Source: an uncultured Spirochaetota bacterium
Lineage (GTDB): Bacteria; Spirochaetota; Brevinematia; Brevinematales; JAOACQ01
Assembly: GCA_963835575.1 (NCBI GenBank)
Contig: CAWIGG010000002.1
Span: 1,952,001 to 2,016,000 of the forward strand
Reading direction: 5' to 3'
DNA length: 64,000 nt
Part shown: in pieces, positions 19,953-29,883 of the stretch
Layout of the letters: each line of letters opens with the position of its first letter
Numbering within the stretch: the stretch's first letter is position 1
Position numbers and translations under genes: made by a program
Notes under the pieces: model-generated
The model's input: only the letters and a program-made list of their open reading frames with translations
Database searches by the model: none
What the model was told of the DNA's origin: nothing

Positions 19953-21650
19953 CTATATCCCCAGCATTTCCTTCGCGTGCGCGCGGCTTTTTTCAGTTTC
20001 ACCGCCCAGCATCCGGGTGATCTCCTCCACTCTTTTCCCGCCTTCGATTTTTTCCACAGTCGTAAAAGTTTTGCCGTCCTTTACATATTTGGAAATATAA
20101 AAGTGGTTTTTTGCCTTCGCGGCGATCTGAGGAAGGTGTGTGATGACAATAACCTGCTTATCATGTCCTATATTCTGCATCTTTTCGGCGACATGGTTGG
20201 CCGTTATGCCGCCGATGCCGACATCTATTTCATCGAATATAAGCGTCTCGATCATATCGCTCTGTGCAAAGATCGATTTGAGCGCCAGCATGATCCTCGA
20301 AATTTCTCCGCCTGAGGCCACTTTTTTAAGCGGTTTGGGCTCTTCGCCGGGGTTTGAGGAAATAAAAAACTCCACCCTGTCTATCCCCGTTTCACCGGCT
20401 TTTATGGGAATATTATTGATGATGATGGAACTCGCTTCTTCCTTTACATATTTTATGTCTACTACGAATTCCGCCTTTTCCATTCCCAGAAAGGCCAGTT
20501 CGGCTTTAACCTTCTGTGAAAGCTGCTTTGCCGTTTCCTGCCTTCTTTTTGAGAGCCGCATCGACTTATCAATCAGCTCCGCTTTGATTTTTTCAATCTC
20601 TTTATTCAGCTTTTCGAGCTCGGCCGTGCGGTTTTCAAAACGGGCAAGCTTGCTCCCGCAATCCTTTGAGTACTCCAGAAGCTCTTCTATTGAATTGCGC
20701 CGGTATTTCCGCTTTAAATCCTTGATGAGTTCCATTCTTTCTATTGTGTCTTCCAGCACTTTCTGGTCAAACTCAAGCCCGCCTTGATAATCCGAGATCA
20801 GGTTGACGCTCTCGTTTATTTTAGCCTGCGCGTCCTCCAGAATTTCATTGAGCTCTTCATACCGTTTGTCCAGGGGAATTATATCTTTAAGAGAAACAAG
20901 CGCGCGCGAAAGACGGCTCGAGACCGACAGCTCCTCGTCATAAAGGACGCCCCTCGCCGATGTGAATGACCGGTCTATTTTTTCGGCATTCTCCATCTTC
21001 TTCAAAGATCCGGAAAGCTCTTCCTCCTCATCTTTCTGGAGCCTTGCACCTTCTATCTCTTTGACTGCCGTTTCCCAGAAAATCTTTTCTTCAAAAAGCT
21101 TTTTTTCATCCTGTTCAAGCTCTTTTTTTTCATCGAATTTTTTCAGCAGGAACAGAAATATTTCCCTGACTGATTCTCTATCCTTATAAAGACCGCCGTA
21201 GCTGTCCAGTATGTCAAGATGGATCTTCTGGCTGAGCAGAAGCTGATGGTCATGCTGACCATGGATATCCACAAGCCATTCTCCGATCTCTTCCAGCCTG
21301 TTCACAGGCTCCTGCAGACCGTTGATAAACACCCTTCCTTTATTCCCGGGAGCGACTTCGCGGCGGAGAATAATATTACCGGCTTTTTCCAGATGCATTT
21401 CCTGAAGTTTACGTGTTACTTCTCCGTTCTGAACCGATATCTCGGCTTCAATCATCGCTTTTTCTTCTCCGGTGCGGATCAGTGAAGTGTCGCCCTTTTC
21501 TCCCAGAAGCAGGCTTAAGGCGCCGACAATGATGGATTTCCCGGCCCCGGTTTCCCCTGTAAACACACTGAACCCACTGCCGAGCTCAAGCTCCAGCGAA
21601 TCGATAATAGCATAATTTTTTATAAATAACCGCTCTATCATACATGCCAC
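19953..21650 (-). CDS. recN: DNA repair protein RecN
   Basis: TGETGAGKS, IHGQHDHQ, ASGGEISR, IFDEID.GIGG, ITHLPQIAA. Confidence 0.97.
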   Translation of the reverse strand: MACMIERLFIKNYAIIDSLELELGSGFSVFTGETGAGKSIIVGALSLLLGEKGDTSLIRTGEEKAMIEAEISVQNGEVTRKLQEMHLEKAGNIILRREVAPGNKGRVFINGLQEPVNRLEEIGEWLVDIHGQHDHQLLLSQKIHLDILDSYGGLYKDRESVREIFLFLLKKFDEKKELEQDEKKLFEEKIFWETAVKEIEGARLQKDEEEELSGSLKKMENAEKIDRSFTSARGVLYDEELSVSSRLSRALVSLKDIIPLDKRYEELNEILEDAQAKINESVNLISDYQGGLEFDQKVLEDTIERMELIKDLKRKYRRNSIEELLEYSKDCGSKLARFENRTAELEKLNKEIEKIKAELIDKSMRLSKRRQETAKQLSQKVKAELAFLGMEKAEFVVDIKYVKEEASSIIINNIPIKAGETGIDRVEFFISSNPGEEPKPLKKVASGGEISRIMLALKSIFAQSDMIETLIFDEIDVGIGGITANHVAEKMQNIGHDKQVIVITHLPQIAAKAKNHFYISKYVKDGKTFTTVEKIEGGKRVEEITRMLGGETEKSRAHAKEMLGI

Positions 21651-22516
21651 CCCAATTTTTCCCTTAACACGCTGAAAAACTGCTTTTCACCCATATCGTA
21701 AACCCGCACGCCTTCCGGCATTTTCTTTATGATCATGATGTCGTCTATCTTCAGGTTAAAATTTTCCTGGCCGTCAATGGTGAGCGTTGTATCCGTTTCC
21801 CCCATGATAAGCTCTATCTTGAGTTCTTTATCAACAGCGGTTACTATCGGCCGGACCCCAAGAATATGAGGACAGATCGGGGTAATGATAAGGGCTTCCA
21901 TATCCGGCGTCAGTATGGGCCCGCCTGCCGCAAGGCTGTAAGCCGTGGACCCTGTCGGTGTTGATATGATAAGGCCGTCCGACCTGTATTGAGATAAGAC
22001 ATCCCTGTCGATGCTGACAGACAGCTCAACCATCCTTGAAAGGACACCTTTCGAAACAACAGCGTCATTCAGGAACGGGCAGACGAATACTTTTTTCCCG
22101 CCCCTCAGCACCGTAATTTCCAGCAGAATTCTTTCCTTAATTTCAATTTTATTATTGATGACTTTATCTAAGGAGTTTTCCATATCGGAGGGTTTTACAT
22201 CCATCAAAAAGCCGACCCTGCCGGCATTGATGCCGAGCATGGGAATATGAAAGGGCTGAAATGTCCTTGCGGCGTAAAGGAAAGTGCCGTCGCCGCCAAG
22301 CGCAACGATGAGGTCATAATTCTTATACTTGAAATGCGAGTCGAAATCCGTCAGCAGATTATTGTTTTTCAACTTAAAATAGATCGGGTTGGTTACAAAA
22401 GTCGCAATCCCTCTTTTTTTCAGGAGCTCCTGCGCCTTCTCCGCGATTGGCCCCACTCTGCTTTTTTTAATGTTAGCCACTATTAAAACATTTTTTATTT
22501 TTGCCATTGACGTCAT
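21638..22516 (-). CDS. nadK: NAD kinase
   Basis: LGGDGTFL, GRVGFL, LNDAVV, STPTGSTAYSLAAGGP; start moved to the ATG overlapping the upstream TGA. Confidence 0.95.
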   Translation of the reverse strand: MTSMAKIKNVLIVANIKKSRVGPIAEKAQELLKKRGIATFVTNPIYFKLKNNNLLTDFDSHFKYKNYDLIVALGGDGTFLYAARTFQPFHIPMLGINAGRVGFLMDVKPSDMENSLDKVINNKIEIKERILLEITVLRGGKKVFVCPFLNDAVVSKGVLSRMVELSVSIDRDVLSQYRSDGLIISTPTGSTAYSLAAGGPILTPDMEALIITPICPHILGVRPIVTAVDKELKIELIMGETDTTLTIDGQENFNLKIDDIMIIKKMPEGVRVYDMGEKQFFSVLREKLGWHV

Positions 22517-23427
22517 CCCTTGTTCATTCTTTTTAAGAACCACACCTCCAGTCCATTCAGCAGCCGCCCCCAAAAGCCTTTCCCGAACCTGGCCGAGTAA
22601 TCATCCAGTGCTTTTTCCAGCGTAACATCACCTGTTTTTTCTTTCAGATAATGCCAGTGGTCCATCAGCCAGATATAAAGGTCGCCCACTTCCCTTCCGG
22701 GGAATTTTCTGAGAACTTTTCTCCTCTTTATCAGTCTGGTGACGGGAAGAAAAAGCTCATTATACCATGATTTAAGAGATTCCTCCCAGCCGACCTCTTT
22801 CTTTTTTTCCTCGCTCTTATAGTACTTATAAGTATTTATATGTTCTATCAATCTATAATAACCCCAGGGGTTTGTCAATTTTATTATGACATGCGGAAAA
22901 TATTTATCAAATTTTGTTTTATCAAGAAAGTACTTCTGGCTTTCCGCCAGCAGAAGCTCTTTTTCGCTTATTTCCTCCAGTTTGACTTTTGTAAACAGCT
23001 CTACAACTTCCGCATCGATGAATTCCTGCTTGAGTTCCTTCGCCACGGAAACACGGTGATTACCGTCGCGGACAAAATAAAAATCCCCGATTTTATAAAC
23101 AAGAATAGGCGGCAGATGCGTATCTTTAAGCTTGGCAATCTCAATATTCTGCCACCGCATCCGGTTATTATCCTTTAAGGGAAGAAAATTAATGTCAAAA
23201 TCCTGATAGCGGCCTTCGCTTCCGACGATCTTATTCAAAGGGATCGGCATCATTCCTCTGTAGGCCATTCCCTCCGGCGACATCATATATTTAACTTCCT
23301 CAAACCCGAAAAGCTCATTTCTTTTACGGAAGATCTTGTTCAATAGTTCGCTTAAAAAAGCCTTGTTCCGCGCTTTTTCATAATCCTCCCTGACGCGCAA
23401 ATTCAGGAAGGCACGGCTTTGCGACAT
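22513..23427 (-). CDS. ParB/sulfiredoxin-fold domain protein (DUF4032-like)
   Basis: IVGSEGRYQDF, LPPILVYKIG..YFVRDGNHRVSVAK; start set at MSQS after AGAGGG. Confidence 0.75.
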   Translation of the reverse strand: MSQSRAFLNLRVREDYEKARNKAFLSELLNKIFRKRNELFGFEEVKYMMSPEGMAYRGMMPIPLNKIVGSEGRYQDFDINFLPLKDNNRMRWQNIEIAKLKDTHLPPILVYKIGDFYFVRDGNHRVSVAKELKQEFIDAEVVELFTKVKLEEISEKELLLAESQKYFLDKTKFDKYFPHVIIKLTNPWGYYRLIEHINTYKYYKSEEKKKEVGWEESLKSWYNELFLPVTRLIKRRKVLRKFPGREVGDLYIWLMDHWHYLKEKTGDVTLEKALDDYSARFGKGFWGRLLNGLEVWFLKRMNKG

Positions 23428-23531
23428 AGGCAGAAACCCTCTTTTATTAAATTGTTTTTTCAGCCACAGAATTACACGGAAATTCACTGAATTAAATTAT
23501 AAATTTTTTAAAATAATATTTTATTCCGGTC

Positions 23532-24927
23532 GAGTTTTTGTCAAATGTTGTGTATGACATACCCTCTCATTTTTTTATGCTGCCTTTTTTACAAGCTCTC
23601 CGTTCTCAAAAACAGCGCCTTCCAATACAAGGCTAATCTTTTCATAACCTCTTAATTTTCTCCATCGCCTGGATGCCTTATCCAGTAATTTATAGACCAT
23701 TATTAGAATCGTTTCCCTGGTTCCGCAGCCTCTCATCTTTTTAGTTCTTAATCGAACTGTAGAGAAGGTAGATTCTATTACGTTTGTCGTACGGATATGT
23801 ACCCAATGTTCCGCCGGACAGTTATAAAATTCGATCATAAGCTCCCAATCCTTTTCTAAACATTCGACAGCTGCTGGATATTTAGGATTAAAAACCGCCT
23901 GGAATAATTCAAAAGCTTTGATAGCATTATCCTTATCAGGAGCATTGCATATCTCATGAAGCATCTCTTTTGCCTTTGACTGTAATACTTTGGGCAGCTT
24001 GTTTAGAATGTTCTTTATCTTATGAACCCAGCATCTCTGCCATCTGGATTCAGGATATACTTCTTTGGCTGCTTTCCAGAATCCAAGGCTTCCGTCTCCG
24101 ATAAAAAGAATAGGACCTTTCAAACCTTTTTCTTTTAGGTTTCTTAATATCCCTAACCAAGTCTCGGAATTCTCTCTGTAACCTTCTTCAACAAGAATAA
24201 TCTCCTTTTCACCATTCTCATTGGCTCCGATCATTACAAGAGTGCATAAACGGTCTTCGCTGCCCTGTACATTGAAGTAAATGCCGTCAACCCATATATA
24301 GCAATACTTTTTATCGCTTAAATCGGATGTCCGCCACTCATCATATTCTTTACCCCATCCTTGTTTCATTCTGCTTATACTTGAGGCTGATAATCCTTTC
24401 GCTTCTTCACCAAGCAATCCTCTCAAGGCATTCTCCATATCCATCTCTGAGACTCCATAGAGATACAACAATGGAATGGCTTCCTCAATTCTCAGGCTTT
24501 TTCTCATATACGGCGGTACTATTAGGCTTTGAAAATTGTCGCCTCCGAGTCGGTTCCTTGTTCTCGGAATACATACATCAATAGCCCCTCCACCAATGAG
24601 AATCTGACGGGCTTTATGATACCCATTTCTTACTATTGCCTTTCTCCCGTCTTCGATAGTTAAATGCTCTCTCTCCTGAAGAAACCCATTAATTTCATCT
24701 TCCAGAGCCTTCTTGATTATTTCCCTGGCCCCGATCCTTGCCAATTCTTCAAGACATAAAAATTCTACTGTTTCATCTTGATTAAAAGCCTGTAAGAGCT
24801 TAAAATCTTCGTTGTGCTTCGGCATATGGCGTATTCCTCCTTTTGTTTATTGTCGTAAATAAATTATAGAGGGTACGCCATCTTTTTTATAATATTTATT
24901 CCTATACACAACTTTCTATTATAACTC
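23532..24927 (-). mobile_element. IS256-family insertion sequence (1396 bp)
   Basis: Imperfect IR GAGTT..GTTGTGTAT / ATACACAAC..AACTC; 8-bp target duplication TTCCGGTC at 23524-23531 and 24928-24935. Confidence 0.93.
23575..24825 (-). CDS. IS256-family (mutator-like) transposase
   Basis: RNGY, IWVDGIY, IGDGSLGF, QRCWVHK, RTTNVIES. Confidence 0.96.
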   Translation of the reverse strand: MPKHNEDFKLLQAFNQDETVEFLCLEELARIGAREIIKKALEDEINGFLQEREHLTIEDGRKAIVRNGYHKARQILIGGGAIDVCIPRTRNRLGGDNFQSLIVPPYMRKSLRIEEAIPLLYLYGVSEMDMENALRGLLGEEAKGLSASSISRMKQGWGKEYDEWRTSDLSDKKYCYIWVDGIYFNVQGSEDRLCTLVMIGANENGEKEIILVEEGYRENSETWLGILRNLKEKGLKGPILFIGDGSLGFWKAAKEVYPESRWQRCWVHKIKNILNKLPKVLQSKAKEMLHEICNAPDKDNAIKAFELFQAVFNPKYPAAVECLEKDWELMIEFYNCPAEHWVHIRTTNVIESTFSTVRLRTKKMRGCGTRETILIMVYKLLDKASRRWRKLRGYEKISLVLEGAVFENGELVKKAA

Positions 24928-24993
24928 TTCCGGTCCATTTTTTTAGTTAATTCTTCATATTTGCTTTCTGTGCCGTTCTGTGCAATTCCGCGG

Positions 24994-25659
24994 CTATATC
25001 TTAATATCAAGAATGACAAAGTCATAGCAATTAATGACTTTTGTCCCCTCGTATTCAAAAATTCTTTTTTCATTCATATTATAGATATGAGTATGGCCAT
25101 GGAGAAGATACTTGGGCCGGAATCTCTTAATGAATTTATTAAAAGCTTCGAATCCTTTATGGGCCATGTCCTTCCGGTCATGGATCCCGAACGGCGGCGC
25201 GTGTGTGATCAGAACATCCAGAAAACGGCCTGATGTAAGTTTATTAAAACAAAGACCCGGCATGAGCTTATAAATCTTCCGGCGCATCTGGGCTTCTGTA
25301 TATTGATGATCCCCTCTATTATAAAGAAAAGAACCTTCCAGACCGGCAAATTTGACCGGTCCTATATTATCAATCCTTTCATCCATATTCCTGCCGCCGA
25401 AGCTGACATAATGCTTGGGCTGGTTAAATGTCCTGTTTCCTCTTATAAACCCTTCATCGCTCACTTCGCTTTCTTCATAATGATCATGATTGCCGCAGAC
25501 ATAGAGAAGCGGTTTTAAAAGGCTGGACGCAAGATAATCCAGATAATAGGCAGGCAAATCCCCGCATGAAATGATCGCATCGACATTGCCGGCCAATTCC
25601 CGTACACGGGTGCTGTAGAGACTGCTGTTGACCGTATCGCTGACGGCTAAAACTCTCAA
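24994..25659 (-). CDS. Calcineurin-like metallophosphoesterase
   Basis: AVSD, CGDL, GNHD, THAPP, HGHTH. Confidence 0.92.
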   Translation of the reverse strand: MRVLAVSDTVNSSLYSTRVRELAGNVDAIISCGDLPAYYLDYLASSLLKPLLYVCGNHDHYEESEVSDEGFIRGNRTFNQPKHYVSFGGRNMDERIDNIGPVKFAGLEGSFLYNRGDHQYTEAQMRRKIYKLMPGLCFNKLTSGRFLDVLITHAPPFGIHDRKDMAHKGFEAFNKFIKRFRPKYLLHGHTHIYNMNEKRIFEYEGTKVINCYDFVILDIKI

Positions 25660-25673
25660 GACATTACCTTTTT

Positions 25674-25826
25674 TTATACTTCTTCGATATGAGCTTGAAT
25701 AAACTTTTCAAAATCATCCCGTTTCATTGAATCCTTATAGAATTCCCACATAGCGTCTATTGCTTCTTCTTTCGTAGCGAATTTAATACCTTTCATTGCA
25801 CTGTCCAGAGTCACCTTAAAAGGCAT
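25674..25826 (-). CDS. Small hypothetical protein (50 aa), not in ORF track
   Basis: MPFKVTLDSAMKGIKFATKEEAIDAMWEFYKDSMKRDDFEKFIQAHIEEV*; GGGAGGA RBS; fills the nadA-phosphoesterase gap. Confidence 0.75.
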   Translation of the reverse strand: MPFKVTLDSAMKGIKFATKEEAIDAMWEFYKDSMKRDDFEKFIQAHIEEV

Positions 25827-25864
25827 AGCATCCTCCCGTGTAATATTTTAACATCAATAGTTTT

Positions 25865-26791
25865 TTATTGCATCATTTCAAGCATTCTTTCAATCGATTT
25901 CCCGGCTGTTTCAGCAACATCCGGTTTCACTTTCACTCTTGTTTCAAGAGTCTTTAAACTATTGAGAAGCTTCATGAGTGTTATTTTTTTCATATTGGCG
26001 CATTCCATTCGTTTGAGAGGCTCAATAAAATTTTTGTTATTAAAGCGTTTTTTCAGTGCGTAATTGATGCCCCATTCCGTCACAATGATAAAATCATCAT
26101 TTTCCGGATGTTTTTCCACAAAATCAAACATCTGCCCCGTGCTCAAAACGGCATCCGCCGTATCCAGGATTTCCATCGGGCATTCGGGATGCGCCAGAAT
26201 AAGGGCTTGAGGATGCATTTTCTTCGCTTTCAAAATTGATTCCAGGTCCGCTTTTTCATGCACTACACAAAAACCGGGCCATAAAACAATTTCTTTCTCG
26301 GGGACCATTTTTTTTACATACGCACCAAGATTTTTATCAGGTAAAAAGACGATTTTCTTCTGAGGAAGTTTTTTCACTATCTCAACAGCGTTAGCAGAAG
26401 TACAGCATACATCCACAGCCGACTTGACTTCCGCGGTTGTATTTACGTAGGCCACAAAGGCATGACCGGGATAACGCGCCCGCCATTCGAGAACCATTTT
26501 CTCAGAGGCAAAATCAGCCAGCGGGCATCCCGCATCCTTATCCGGTATGACAACTGTTTTCCCGGGATTTAAAAGCGCCGCTGTCTCGGCCATAAAGTAA
26601 ACACCGCACATCACAATAACCGGCTCAGTTATTTTAGCCGCTTTTTGAGCCAAGCCGAGCGAATCGCCCACATAATCAGCCGCTTCCTGGATTTCAGGCA
26701 GCTGATAATTATGCGCCAGAATGACGGCTCCTCTTTTCTTTTTTAATTGAAGGATTTCTTCTTTTATATCATTTATTTCAGTTTTGCCCAT
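25865..26791 (-). CDS. nadA: Quinolinate synthase A
   Basis: LAHNYQ, GDSLGL, CGVYFMAE, AGCPLA, YVNT, CVVH, AHPEC, CANMKK. Confidence 0.97.
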   Translation of the reverse strand: MGKTEINDIKEEILQLKKKRGAVILAHNYQLPEIQEAADYVGDSLGLAQKAAKITEPVIVMCGVYFMAETAALLNPGKTVVIPDKDAGCPLADFASEKMVLEWRARYPGHAFVAYVNTTAEVKSAVDVCCTSANAVEIVKKLPQKKIVFLPDKNLGAYVKKMVPEKEIVLWPGFCVVHEKADLESILKAKKMHPQALILAHPECPMEILDTADAVLSTGQMFDFVEKHPENDDFIIVTEWGINYALKKRFNNKNFIEPLKRMECANMKKITLMKLLNSLKTLETRVKVKPDVAETAGKSIERMLEMMQ

Positions 26792-27001
26792 TTCAATTTA
26801 TCCTTTTGTAAATAGGCATGATATTATATTGATTCCTATGCAAAAGTCAAGAGTTATCGAATTTTAGGATTTATTTTTTTTGCCGAAAATTAATAATGAG
26901 TATTTCTATAAAACCCCGGGGGTTATAGTGATGCCTGTTATGCTTTAAATTTATGAGCCGGGCGTATTATTAAATTTATTTAACATAAAATATAAAGGGA
27001 C

Positions 27002-27418
27002 ATGATTATGAAATATATCATACTCCTCATTTTTAACGCTGCCGCTTTTTATATTCTCGGTATTTTTATTCTGGGCAGCGGCGGAATTGTACAGAACCTT
27101 CAGAAACTCCAGCAGATCAACCGTCTTGAGGAAATGAAGGCTAAAAGCGAACTGGATGTCGAAGATCTCAAGTTCAGGCTGAAGTATTTTCAATCGCAGA
27201 ACATACCCGATGCGAGCGCCCTGGCCAAGCAGGGAAAGAAGTCCGAAAATATGGTTATATTTAAATATATAGAAAAACAGGGCGCTGCCCAGCCTGATAA
27301 TAATGATACGGATCATTTTGCCTATTACCGGATCTTTTTCAGCGCGGCTTTTTCAGTCTTCATTATTCTGCTGGGCAATATTCTTCTCTGTATGAATCTG
27401 GCAAGGCGGGCTGTATAG
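27002..27418 (+). CDS. FtsB/DivIC-like septum formation initiator (tentative)
   Basis: N-terminal TM ending ILGSGG, leucine-heptad coiled coil, then ..AKQGKK.ENMVIF; extra C-terminal TM. Confidence 0.5.
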   Translation: MIMKYIILLIFNAAAFYILGIFILGSGGIVQNLQKLQQINRLEEMKAKSELDVEDLKFRLKYFQSQNIPDASALAKQGKKSENMVIFKYIEKQGAAQPDNNDTDHFAYYRIFFSAAFSVFIILLGNILLCMNLARRAV

Positions 27419-27940
27419 ATGAATATTTATTTAATCGGATATCGAGGGAGCGGGAAAAGCACGCTGGGAAAAATAATTTCCGAAAAATTGAATTTTGAAT
27501 TTACCGACACTGACGATTTGATTATAAAAGCTGAAAGAAAAACAATCCCTGAGATTTTTGAAAAAGCGGGTGAAAGTTATTTCAGAAAAATTGAAAGCGA
27601 TGCGCTGAAAAAAATATCCGGAAGAAAAAATCTGGTTGTATCTACCGGCGGAGGAATAATTTTAAATGAAAAAAACAGGGCCCTGATGCGGAAAACAGGT
27701 TTTTGCGTCTATCTTAAAGCGGATACAGACATTCTCTTCAGGCGGATTGAAGGCGACGGCAACCGCCCCCCGCTTACAAAACTGCCGCCACGCGAGGAAG
27801 TGGACCATATCTTGAGTTTGAGAATTCCTCTTTACACAGAACTGGCGGAACTGTCCCTGGACACCGGTGAATTTTCCGCCGGAGAATGCGCCGAAAAAAT
27901 AATTCAAGCGTTAAAAACGCGGGGAGAAGCTGTATGCTGA
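27419..27940 (+). CDS. aroK: Shikimate kinase
   Basis: IGYRGSGKST, DTD, GESYFR..E, STGGG, NRPPL. Confidence 0.96.
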   Translation: MNIYLIGYRGSGKSTLGKIISEKLNFEFTDTDDLIIKAERKTIPEIFEKAGESYFRKIESDALKKISGRKNLVVSTGGGIILNEKNRALMRKTGFCVYLKADTDILFRRIEGDGNRPPLTKLPPREEVDHILSLRIPLYTELAELSLDTGEFSAGECAEKIIQALKTRGEAVC

Positions 27941-28944
27941 AAGTTTACAGGTTCTTCAAATTGATAATTATTTCAGCCGCCGCTCTTACTATTTTAGCTG
28001 TTTTGTTTTATGAAACAACAAAAGAAAATTTGATCAATTATCAGAAGATAAAGCCTTTGACCAATTGGATACAGAGATATCAGTCTATTAAGGAATTTGT
28101 TTTTTATGATCCTTATTATCATAATATATCATTAAAAGTTCAAAACGCTCATCTTGAATTTGAAAAGCTGTTCGACTCAGCCCTGAATAGTATGACGAAC
28201 CTGACTGCCGATAAAAGCTTCTATGTCAATATTTATTACTATATGATGTCTAAAAAAATGAAAGAAATGACCGGGCTCGCCAGACAGTATTTCGGGAATA
28301 TCCCTTCTTTTAAAGATTTGATTATTATCGACTCCAAAAAAAACATTCTCTATCAATTAAACAGCAATACAATTATACCGGAATATTATAATTCATCCGA
28401 CCGCATTTCCGCCGTCATTACCAATGATATGATCTGCCTGATTAAAAAATACGAGAACCCTCTGGACCTGGATATTGAAATCGTAGAAGTTCTCGACTCG
28501 AGCGTCATTATCCAGAAAATAAAAGAAATCGGTTTTGAGACCTTTTTTATTATGAACGATAAGATTTATAAGAACGCCGATTTCAAAATAGATATTATTA
28601 AAGATATTCAAAAAGACATAAAATCAAATAAAAAATATATCTCCGGTTCAAAAATCATTGACACTTATACAGTGTTTATCAATAATTCCTATATTGGCAC
28701 TCTCGGCATAATTTATCCGAATAGAGGCATCGGAAGCGTTTTGTTTATTGTTCTTAAAATTTTTATTTTATTATTAATTGCAGGCATACTTTTCATTATT
28801 GACAGATCTATTGAAAAAAGACTCGGATTGAGAAAAATGAAAAAAATAAAAAAGGATCGGGCCGAAGAATCAAAAGAAAATGATACGCATCTGGAATGGC
28901 TGGAAAATTACGTTCAAAAAAATGAGGAAAAAAATGATAAATAA
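27934..28944 (+). CDS. Hypothetical two-TM protein with extracytoplasmic sensor-like domain
   Basis: Two hydrophobic helices flanking ~250 aa; start set at MLKV overlapping the aroK stop. Confidence 0.65.
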   Translation: MLKVYRFFKLIIISAAALTILAVLFYETTKENLINYQKIKPLTNWIQRYQSIKEFVFYDPYYHNISLKVQNAHLEFEKLFDSALNSMTNLTADKSFYVNIYYYMMSKKMKEMTGLARQYFGNIPSFKDLIIIDSKKNILYQLNSNTIIPEYYNSSDRISAVITNDMICLIKKYENPLDLDIEIVEVLDSSVIIQKIKEIGFETFFIMNDKIYKNADFKIDIIKDIQKDIKSNKKYISGSKIIDTYTVFINNSYIGTLGIIYPNRGIGSVLFIVLKIFILLLIAGILFIIDRSIEKRLGLRKMKKIKKDRAEESKENDTHLEWLENYVQKNEEKNDK

Positions 28945-29707
28945 GCTCATTATTATACTATTTTTCTGTTTTACTTTTTCTTATGGAATGGATTGGTCGG
29001 AAAACAATGTCTTAAAATTCAATTCTTCCAGTCTCAAGGATTATCAGAATTTACTGGATTATGAGAATATAACCATCGGGGATGAATTTATTTCCTCAAC
29101 AAACAATACAAATTCATGGTTATTATCAAGCGATATTACTCTGGATAATAATTATATACTTTCGGGCGCCTTTGTAAATATAGGCAGGACTGATGAAAAC
29201 GGCGTTTCCAATTCATATGTTTTTATGAGAATATTTGATAATGACAACGGACAGATGCTGCAGGAAAAAACATTTTATAATACCGGGTCGCTGGAATTAA
29301 AAAATATCTTTATAAAAAACGCGAGCCTTTATCTTGAAATCGTCGGAACGGATATTCAGCTTTATTCCTTCGGTCTGGTACGGAAAGAGCTTGCGCTTCT
29401 CGAGACGAATGACCTTGTCATAATTCCCGACACTCTTTTCTATGAGGAAAATATATTAAAAGTGGATTTTAACCTTCATTACCCGTCTATTGTCGATATT
29501 ATTCTTTTCGATAAAAACGGCACAATTATCGATTACATCTGCCAGAAGGCATATTTCCATGAAGGTCAGAATTCACTCTCATGGAACGCGGACAGCAGCC
29601 GTAATAAACAGCTTTCATCCGGGACATATTTTATTTATTTAAAAGCCAGGACCCTGAACGGTAAAGAAGGGGAAATCATCAAGAAACTTCTCTTTGTGAA
29701 GAATTAA
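28934..29707 (+). CDS. Exported protein with C-terminal FlgD-Ig-like domain
   Basis: Signal peptide; EGQNSLSWNAD....QLSSGTYFIYL. Confidence 0.65.
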   Translation: MINKLIIILFFCFTFSYGMDWSENNVLKFNSSSLKDYQNLLDYENITIGDEFISSTNNTNSWLLSSDITLDNNYILSGAFVNIGRTDENGVSNSYVFMRIFDNDNGQMLQEKTFYNTGSLELKNIFIKNASLYLEIVGTDIQLYSFGLVRKELALLETNDLVIIPDTLFYEENILKVDFNLHYPSIVDIILFDKNGTIIDYICQKAYFHEGQNSLSWNADSSRNKQLSSGTYFIYLKARTLNGKEGEIIKKLLFVKN

Positions 29708-29779
29708 TATTCTGGGTCATCCGGTTCTTGCATACTTATTGAAGTTTAATTTCTTTAAATCCATTTCTGAGTTCATTTC

Positions 29780-29834
29780 ACCCCTCACCAGTTGGTTTGC
29801 TTCTCAGGTGGAGCCTGACAAACTGGTGAGGGGT
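29780..29834. repeat. CCCTCACCA hairpin family member between convergent genes
   Basis: ACCCCTCACCAGTT / AACTGGTGAGGGGT; related to 1581-1629 and 57309-57359. Confidence 0.75.
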
Positions 29835-29883
29835 TAATTTTATCTTTTCAAATGAGGGCGCTTTAGTCGGATGAACCAATATC

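Larger units (their letters stand above)
23463..24994. repeat. Triple-unit inverted-arm element (CACAGAA, 10-bp period) split by IS256
   Basis: Left arm GCCACAGAATTACACGGAAATTCACTGAA; right arm TTCTGTGCCGTTCTGTGCAATTCCGCGGC. Confidence 0.8.

Noticed and set aside
24864..25073. 69-aa ORF crossing the IS256 end
   Set aside because: Chimeric reading through phosphoesterase tail, repeat arm and IS terminus.
26906..26927. Imperfect palindrome TATAAAACCCCGGGGGTTATAG between nadA and the divergent operon
   Set aside because: Single imperfect copy; cannot be assigned to an NAD regulator.
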